DNA of 59,415 bases, the filler included, from Sphacelaria rigidula (taxonomy: Eukaryota), in NCBI GenBank assembly GCA_964200075.2. It is 6 parts of 6 records of this genome, joined end to end, with 100 filler letters (N's around TTAATTAATTAA, not from the genome) between each part and the next. Parts side by side here need not be neighbours in the genome. Positions count along the whole stretch, not along the records: positions 49,598 to 59,415 come from CAXNAA020007696.1; 5 more parts are not named here. One strand, given 5' to 3'. Each line of letters begins with the position of its first letter. Within the stretch, counting starts at the first letter, position 1. The notes under the pieces are model-generated. The model saw nothing but the letters and a program-made list of their open reading frames with translations, had not been told where the DNA came from and did not search any database. A program made the translations under genes and the position numbers. Shown one piece after another: positions 51,037-59,415 of this stretch.

Positions 51037-54000
51037 TCAAGGGCCAAGACTGTCTCCAGTAGCCTCTTGCGTCCCCCTTAATGCCAACCGGTAGCGTTGT
51101 ACTCTGGTCGAGATTGCGATGTGAGAGGTCATCGAGATGATCTTCTTCGTGGATCCGAGAGGAACCACTCTCTGGGGTATTGTCTGCCTTCCTCTTGGTC
51201 TCTCACCACGGTGGTGGCTACCTAGTCGAGTAGTCCGTCCCAGGACGACCATAGCCTTTCACCGCTAGGGTGACGAGTTCGAAGCTACACTGGTCGAAGG
51301 ATACACTGTCTTGACTCACATAGTGTGCGCTCTCGAGCGCCTGTAGAACTGTCGGTGGAACCGTTTACGCGTTGAAGATGTCCCGCCGGGCCTTCGGCGT
51401 GTGTAAAACCGTTCAGGAGACCCTCTCGTAATTTCTTGCGGTTGCAGACGTCTCAAGTTCTCTCCGTCAGGACGACTATGCCCATCCGGCGATCCCTATC
51501 TACCGTGAAGGGGTTCCGTATCCCACCGTCATCTCAAATCCCAGCCGCTTCAAGAGCGCCGCGAGTGCGTGGATCAGCGGCTGATGTTGGTTGACCGGAG
51601 CCCCGCGCTGTCGCAGACGTATGTGTGGTGGGTGGTGACATCCATCGCGCCGCATGATGGGACACATTGTGGCTAAATATGGCACGATGCCGAAGAATCT
51701 ATCCTCCATGAGCACGTATTCTGGTGGCGGGGTCGTCCTAGCGGCGTCTGATGGTTGCGCTCTCTGTAACTCGAGCGCCCGATTTCCCCATTTGCTGCGG
51801 TGTCGAACTTATGCCTCCAAGGCCGTTTCGACTCTTCCAAACGGGTCGTCCGGGTCATATAGTCGGCCAACCATACAGTAAGGTGTCCATCTGTAAAAAC
51901 AGGATCGCTGCGTTAGCCTTGTAAATAAAGTGGCCCTCATTGCCCTGCAGGTGGCGGAAAATAGCACCAAGGGATCTTAACCACCGAGTAGGGTGATCTT
52001 CGGTGCTGGTAGTGTTCCATCAGTATTTTTCCCCCGTGGGCCCACGTGATCAGCCCTGGTGGCAATGCTGCCGCCTGCTGTTCGGCTCTCACCTGGCGTT
52101 GGCTGGCCGGAGCCCGGAGAGTCCTTCCCAGTGAATGTACTGTTGGAACACTGGGGGGGTTGGTCCTCACCTGCTCCCTCTGTGGGTCAACAAATCTACG
52201 ATGATCAGCGCTAGCGCGCCATAAAAGCTCTCCACAGTCGCGATCTCGCGCCTGTTTACGGCTAAGGCGAGGTCTAATCCCCCGGAACCGGTAGTTATCG
52301 TAGCCTGAAGCCATCGATGGGGAGGACGTTACACACGTTCGGAGGGGAAGCTGCCATCCGAGAAGGTTTGTTCGTCCGCGGTTTGCAGCCGTTGTGATGT
52401 TATCCAACATCCGCGGTCCCTCATGCTCGTCCCGCATGCAGGCCAGCTACGATAGGTCGGCGTCTACCACACGTGCAAAGAAGCAGGTGTTCAACGCCTT
52501 GGATTTCGTGTTGACGAGCTCAGCCGCTTGTCCATCGGGCATTAACGCTGGTAGGTGAGCTCTTTTCATTAGTTTCCTTCTCCTCGACGTTTCGTACTGC
52601 GTGTTGCTGGACGACCTCGTCCGATCCGACCGTCGTACCCCCCCCCGGCCTTCCACCTCCCTCAAGCCCACCAATGCCAACGCCACTATCTCCTGCTCTG
52701 TGAAGACGTAGTTCCGCCGTGATACCACCTTTATTTGGGCGTTTTTGATTTTTACGTCAATGTGAGTCAGCTCCTTCATCACGTCGGCAACGACTTCAGC
52801 GTGATGGCTGGAAGATCGCGCTTCATCATGAGTACACCTTTGACGCGGACCAGCATCTCCGCCCCCAGAGGTTCAAACTGAGTACACGAGTTGCGCAGGA
52901 TCGATCCGACTGGAACGTAGAAGAGGACGGGTCCCAGCCCGTCGTCTTGTCGAATCCCCACGTTACAGGAACGTTTTCGTCGTTCTCCGGTGTCCATCTG
53001 GAGAGCGATATCCGCTGGCGCCTCCCCATAGCACTGAACTACGAATAGCGTCAACCTCGGGACGCGGTCGGCTCTTTCTCCCAGAGCTGCCTTCCTTTGA
53101 CAGAATTGAAGGCATCGGTGCAGTCAAGGGCGACTAGCCAGTGCCTTACCCGACTGTGCGCTTTAGCGCGCAGACCCATGATCTTTGCCCCACCGGACAC
53201 CGTCACGCCGAATCGTCGATCTGAAAAACCCATGTCCAAAACTCGCCGAGTCCCGGTGGTATAACTGGTAAAAGCGGCATTTATTAGGACGGAAGATTGC
53301 GGGTTCGCATTCCGGTAGATACGAGATGTTTTCTGAGAAATATATTATTTTTACCTTGGCGGAGTGAGTAGCAAAGAATTGCGACGAGAGTCGAAGCGGC
53401 GCCGGAATGCTAATCCAATACCTATTACCAAAATGTAGGGCGTGTACCAGGGGAGTGGCGAGTTGATCCCTTGAGACTATCGACTCGTTTCGACGAAGGG
53501 GGGTGTTCTCAAGTATTCCAAAAACATATGGTATGCATTTCCTAATCGGCCCGGACATCAAAACGCCGCATGATTCCTCCCACGGAGATCGGGCGATACT
53601 TCTTACCGAGCGCGGTGAGGCTGCTCTGCAGGAACAGCGCCTAGAACTCTGTCGAGAAGGTGTCAAACCGCACTCTGACGCGCCACTAAAGGGGGTCGGT
53701 GACCTCGACCGAAGTCTTCCTTGCCGTCCGCAGTGTTCAGGAAACGTTGCAGGTGTGGGAAATACAACCCATCGTTCCCACCACGGACAGCATATTCCGC
53801 TGTTTCATGATGCAATGAGTGTGGCGGGGTGGTAGTCAGCACACTCCCCGTTCGTAGCGGTTATTTCTTGCTTGCCTCTACCGCCGCCGTCGCTACTGCT
53901 GTCACGTCTGTTTGATCGTCTTGCCCAAAGTTTCCGCGGAATTTCCCGAGTATGTCCTCATTAGCTGGCGCCAGGCCTTCCTCTACCAATGCCCGAACCG

Positions 54001-56300
54001 CGTCGGAGATGCCACATTTTTGACGGTAGGCTGCCGCCGCCTTCAGGTAACGGATCAACCGGCGACGTACACTGCCCGCTGCCGGCCGTGAGAGGGCCGT
54101 CGCCCGCTCTGTCTAGGCCAAGAGCCACGAGAGCACGCCATTAAGGTTTCTTCTCTCTTCTGAAAGGAAGCGGTCTTTCGGGCAAACCTCTCGCCCGTCA
54201 ACAGTAGTACAGCTGCCCGTGTGTGGCTCAGTTTTGCCGGGCGTAGCTGCTCGGTTGGGGACTCTGCCCCCGGGGCCGCTGCTTCCGGCCTCACAAGTGA
54301 GGCAGTCCACGCAATATAGGTAGAGTCGTCCCAACGGGTACTGGAGGCAGTGTTCCACTTCGACGACTGTCGCGAACTTCTGTTTGAGGCTGGTGATGAA
54401 GAGTTGTTTGAGGGAAATCGTCCTGTAAAGGCAATTCTGGTCCCATGAGAAGAAGCGGCCGCGAGCCTGATCGGTCCAACCTCGGAACCGTCACCGGGGC
54501 GTACTCTGCAAGTGTCTTGACCCTCGAGCGGCTGTTTGAATCTGATATGATGTACTCCAAGGCCGGCTGGAGGTCATGCCTCGTTCTAGAGTTTGTGCTG
54601 GGGCGACAGAGCGGGTCTGGTTCCGGAAAGCGGTCCAGAATGTTGAGTGCACATCCCCTGTGGATGGCATGCGTACACGGTAAAGCTAAATGGCCCGAGC
54701 TCCTCGCATTGCTTACATTGCACAATTAGCGCACCGAGCTTGGTGGACGATTGCAAGGCCAGCCTCGAAGACTCGCTGCCTCTCGCACCGGCTGTGCCTC
54801 TCCTGTATCCTCGGCTATCGGGGCTTCTAGCTTCGCACCCCCGACCGGCGGTGCCGGGGTGTGGCTGAGATATTTGTACCCGGCGGGTGCTATCCAATTC
54901 CAGTTCTCTCACGGGGATACAAAATCCTCGTCGGCCCCGTCCACTTGCACCCCTTCCGCCCCGCTTCGGCGCGTCCTCCTTCCCCGCGGCCTACAGCTGG
55001 GCGACTAGCCTACCCTCTGTCGCTACACCCTCTGCGTCCATTGTCCCTGCGGCCAAGTATGGCACCGCCGTCGTGAAACTCCCTTCCAGTCGAGATCTCT
55101 CCCCTTGTTGTTTCTCTGACTGTACCACCGCCTCTATCTGCGATAGCACATTCCCTTCTCCCTCCACTACCATCTCACCTACCGATGGTGTATCATCGTC
55201 GCCGGTATTATCGACTTTGGCACCTCCACCATGACTCTCGTCGGTGACGGAAATTTTTTCACAGTTGGAAATGATTCTTCCGTCTCCTCTCTTGTGCCAG
55301 CCGACTTCATCGTCTCTTCCATTCCAACATGCGGGGTCAGAGCAGCCTCCAGCATCTTGAACGTCGGCTCCCCCAAGTTCGTGTGCCCTTCCGCCCACGG
55401 CCCTGTTACCATTTTCGGCCCCGCCGCGGCTGGCGGCGCGCCCTTTATGAAGCCTGCTGCGGCCAGTATAACCATTCGACGTGACCAACGTTTTTAGTTT
55501 CGAGAGTAGCGTCGGCGTCTTCACCTCCTGCGCTGCTGCCGCCGTCGGGGCGTGCACCCCGACCGATTTCGGTGTCTTCAACCGCTGCACGCCACCCCTC
55601 CGGATTACTCGGCTCTCCAACGGTGGTCACGCTTCCTCCAGCCGCCCTTCCTTTGATCCACCGTCGCCTCCGTCGGCACCGTCGCTGCGGCGGTTTCCCC
55701 CGGTGTGCCCTGCTGTTGCTCTGCCAACAACGACGCCGCCTCTGCCCACGAAGGCACATCCATCCTCCCCCGTGTACAGCTTCCCCCCGGCTGCTGCCCT
55801 TCCTCTAGAAGCCGGTAGTACCGGCGACTCCTTCAACGCCCCTCCGTCTCTTTGATCCGCCGTTGCTGTTGCCGACGCCGTCATTGCTGTGGCCTCCTCC
55901 GGGTCCGAAACTATTGCCTTCATCTCTTCTACCCCAGCTACTGGCCGTCTCGGGCTGTTACCGTGTGGGGCGCCGATGCCTTCGGCCTGATCTCTTCTCA
56001 CGACTCCACTATCGTCTCCGCCCTCGCTCGATCTAGAATCAACCGCGTCGTTCCGATCCTCGGTAGCGATGCCACCTCCATCACCGCCTGTTCCCTGGCT
56101 CTCGAAGTATTATTTGCTGCCCGAGCTTTCCATCCTTATCGGCGTTACCTTCCCCCCTGTCATGACCTCTGTTTTTGCTCCGGTCGCTGTCCTCACACTG
56201 GTCACCGTTGCCTACATCGGCAGCAATGTCGGTGTTTGACCGCAGCCCTCGAACCCGAACCCCCTCACCTTTCAGCTGCCCTTTCTACCGTTTCCCAGAA
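51037..56300 (-). mobile_element. Decayed CRE-clade-like non-LTR retrotransposon (RT plus restriction-like endonuclease)
   Basis: Frameshifted motifs in order: G/A/E-rich N-terminus, RING-like segment, RRFGVTVSGG, LVALDCTDAFNSV, GIRQDDGLGPVLF, HQPLIHALAALLKRLG, RRMGIVV, LVTLAVKGYGRPG, IISMTSHIAISTRVQRY. These match the QxGVG.xGG / D..NAFN / QQGDPLGP / ExxG / ..IS.. pattern of CRE-type elements. 5' boundary approximate. Confidence 0.8.
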
Positions 56301-57387
56301 ATTGATAGCGCCACCGCACGTCTCCGCTTGAACTTCGAGAATCCCAGTCGGTCCTTGACGTCGGGAAGCGGTGGTATTTACGCCATCGCCCCCCTGAATT
56401 ACCCCTCCCATCGGCAACGCATTCCTCAATCTCAGCCCGCTGGGTTATTTCTTGGAAGGGTACCTCTGTGAAAACGTTACGAGTCCTCTACGGACACGCG
56501 TGATAATATACCCGTTCTATATGGTAGTATCCGCATCACCCTCCTCTTTAATGAGCCTCTTCGTGGGTCGTTGGTGAGAAGAGGTGTGTAGAGGTGAAAG
56601 TCTTGACCAGCAGGCGATGAGGATTCTCACGTACTTTTTTCCACATGCCACTTGTGCGTGTTGGTTTATCGAGATGAAAATCCCCAAAGTAGACTTCGCG
56701 CGAGCTTATGGACTCTCATTCTTAGCCACAAACCAGTTTTTTCATTCCCCACCAGATTTATGAGTTTATCGTTGCTCGCTTGACTTCGAGGGAGTCTCGT
56801 TCTTTGACGGGTAGATCGGGGCCGGGATTCGAGCATGGGGCCTTCTGCTCATCAAACATCCAGAGTTAGCTCATGATGGAGTCAACGTGAGAAGGTGACG
56901 AGTCCTCTACGGACAGTAACGAGAACCCACCTGTTATTAAAGAGAACCCACCTGTTATGTGTGCTATCAATAGTATCCACACCTCGCTTCCTACAAAAAC
57001 GACCGTCGAATTTTTCTTGAAGTTCAGACCGAAGTGTTTTCCACGTGCAACCCTTTCATCATGATCGTCATTGTTACCTTCTGACGATGGAAAGCTCAGA
57101 ATTGGCTTTTGGGAATTGCAAAAACGTGGAGCTGTTCCAATTTCCAAGTTGGTTGTTGTCTCAGGCTATTCCAGATTCGGCATCAGATGTCTGTGACAGA
57201 AAACACTCTCGTTTTTTCGGAATACTTTTCAAAAAGCAAGCAGAACTTCTCGAAAAACTGCTCAAACCATGATCCCATTGTATGGAGTAAAGGGTACTAC
57301 ACTGAACACAAGATAGTTCTGCAGTGGTGTATGGAGTACAGAGTACTACACTGAACACAAGACAACACAGCAGCTCTCGTCTATGCG

Positions 57388-57455
57388 CGGGCGGGTTTGT
57401 ACAAGTGGCACTCTCAAATTCAAAAACTTGGCTTTCGTTCTCTTGTTTCAGTAGC
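57388..57455 (-). repeat. Dispersed repeat shared with ~23810-23877
   Basis: gcgggtttgtacaagtggcactctcaaattcaaaaacttggct is the near reverse complement of agccaagttttagaattcgagtgcgccacttctacaaacccgc. Confidence 0.7.
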
Positions 57456-57742
57456 CCCGCGTGGGAGACACACTCCACGCGCACAGCTCCCACAGAGAGA
57501 TGCGCACAGCTACATCTCCCAGAACTTCGCCGAGTAAGCAAGCATGGACCCATCGGCGGGTAGTACGTACCCAGCGCTGTCCAGCACGGTGGCTATCACT
57601 CGCAAGGTGCGTGGGTGTTCTCGCACGGTCGAAACGCGGGCCGTCTACGATCAAGAGCAGCAGTAGCAGTAGCAGCATCGGCGCAGTTGATTCAGACCCT
57701 CCCCCAGCCACGTACATTTACTGGCAATAAATATGATGCTGA

Positions 57743-57743
<1 letters not shown>

Positions 57744-57782
<39 letters not shown>
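57744..57782 (+). repeat. (CTG)n microsatellite
   Basis: Seen directly. Confidence 0.9.
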
Positions 57783-57783
<1 letters not shown>

Positions 57784-58127
57784 CTCGTGCGGACAGTCCA
57801 CGGCACTTGACAGCCCCCCGCATACACACAAGATTTAGAGGAACTATTGTGATATTTTGCTGGCGTCGCGTCAGCGGCCCGGAAATCCCCCCCCAGAGCG
57901 GAAAACACCTTATTTTAGTACATTTGGGTCATTTGCGAGTCAGCATCACGCTCGAACGCGAAGACCAAGCTAGGCGACGTAGCTTGGGTGTGTGGGAAGC
58001 GCGTGCAAGAAACCGCAGTCCAATCCCCCGCTTCGGTGTCGAGTTGTAAGCGTTGCGCGATTGACACTTTTGGGTTGAGGATCAGTAGCGTCTTTCGAGG
58101 TCGAAGATGGAAAATTAAAAAAAATCG

Positions 58128-58722
58128 GTGCGCATACTTCTTTTCCTCCCGCAAGCAAGTTGTGACACCATGCACTTTGGTTGCGTGCCCCCAGGCGTTG
58201 CTTTGTTCTGTGCGGCTGTGCATAAAGGGCAATTTCGCCTTTCAACGGCGAGTATCCTTTGAAGTGTTGAATTACAGAGGGAGAGGTGACAGAAGAAAGA
58301 CAAACGTGGCGGCTGCTAAATGTGAGGGCTCCAGTGCAGAAGCCAAGGCGTCGAGAGCGATTTTAGCACGAGTATGTGCGTTACATCTGCTGGCAACCGC
58401 GGTCATGTATTTAGTCACTGTCTGCATATACTATGAATAGTATCAGAATGAGATGCAAACTATCCGATGTTTGACAAGCTTCGTTTGGGGCTGCGTGTGT
58501 TTTTTCTTGCGGCGAGCAGTGTGTGACGGATGACATTTCACTTTGTGGCATGCCACCAGGTACTGCTTCGTTCTGTACGACTGTGCACAAAGGGCAACTT
58601 GGCCTTTCAACAGCGAGTACCCTTCATGTATTGGGTTGCAGAGAGCGAGGTCACACATGAACTTCGGTTGTTGTGTCTGAGGGCTCCAGCGGAGAAGCCA
58701 AGGCGCGAAGAGTGATTTTGAT
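58128..58722 (+). repeat. Direct repeat pair (~235 bp, ~360-bp period)
   Basis: ctgtgca(t/c)aaagggcaa(t/c)tt.gcctttcaac.gcgagta and tgagggctccag...agaagccaaggcg occur in both ~58128-58365 and ~58490-58722. Confidence 0.75.
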
Positions 58723-59415
58723 TTCAGACTGCGCACCATTTATGCCTAGGTCCGCAGAGCCACGATGTTCAAAGTGACTGCCTGTACTCTGTACATACTG
58801 AGAATTGGGAAAAATTGACGTTGAAGATGTTGATCTGGACAGAGAGAACCAGACCGTGCCCAAGCGACTGACAAGATGGGATTCCTCCCACTCATGCCAT
58901 GACCATGACCCCATGGGGCCCATGAGAAATTCACTCTCCGATCCCGCGGTCATAGCTGTGTGTAGGACATGCAGCGCGTAGCCGATCCGCACAGCGTGAA
59001 CCTCTTGATCGTCAAAATCATCAGCATCGTTCTCATAGTTTTCGGATGCGCGACGCTGCTGCTCATGATCTCCAAATTTCCGTACTTTCTCGTTCTAGCA
59101 CTATGTCAGGCACGCCTTTCACTGCAGTTACTTTGGTGTGTAGCGGCCACAACAGCTGCAGTTCGTGCTCTTCTTTTGTTATCTTCGCAATGACGGTAAA
59201 CGTGGGGTGGCAGCTCGGAGCGTGTGCTTCCCGACTGGCACAGACAAAGGCAGGACACTCGCTAGTGCAACAAGATTGTCCATCTACTGATGTGGAACGA
59301 GCTTTCCGAAGGAACAAAATCACGGTTAGGACAAATCATGAAAATCACCAAATTCACGATTTCTTCGGCCTGATTGCCCAAAAAGGGGAAAAAAGTTGAT
59401 CGCTGGTCCAAGGGG

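Overview
Eukaryotic, intron-rich and repeat-rich genomic DNA, most consistent with a brown alga or related stramenopile (inferred from short exons in kb-scale GT-AG introns and from the style of the repeats). The window is not one locus. It is six contigs (1-9820, 9921-19740, 19841-29660, 29761-39579, 39680-49497, 49598-59415; lengths 9820, 9820, 9820, 9819, 9818, 9818) joined by identical 100-nt N44-TTAATTAATTAA-N44 linkers and apparently sorted by length, so adjacency across linkers carries no information. Host genes: 5' exons of a NOG2/GNL2-type nucleolar GTPase, 5' exons of a guanine deaminase, 5' exons of an unknown coiled-coil protein, a complete 2-exon GPI transamidase subunit PIG-S (~919 aa), and 11 exons of an M16A insulysin/nardilysin-like peptidase with a probable GC-AG intron. 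Mobile DNA: a decayed LINE RT carrying two nested insertions, a decayed CRE-like (RT plus restriction-like endonuclease) retrotransposon with a RING-H2-like motif, a long-TIR Mutator-like element, and hAT-, piggyBac- and 3-bp-TSD MITEs. The most unusual non-coding structures are (i) a ~930-bp nested palindrome at 18000-18932 holding two tandem hairpins with a shared scaffold and hairpin-specific co-varying duplexes, (ii) a ~1.8-kb higher-order repeat built from oppositely oriented 42-43-bp subunit arrays, and (iii) a short retroposon-like family whose three copies all abut poly(C/G) tracts. All identifications were made by eye; no database searches were run.
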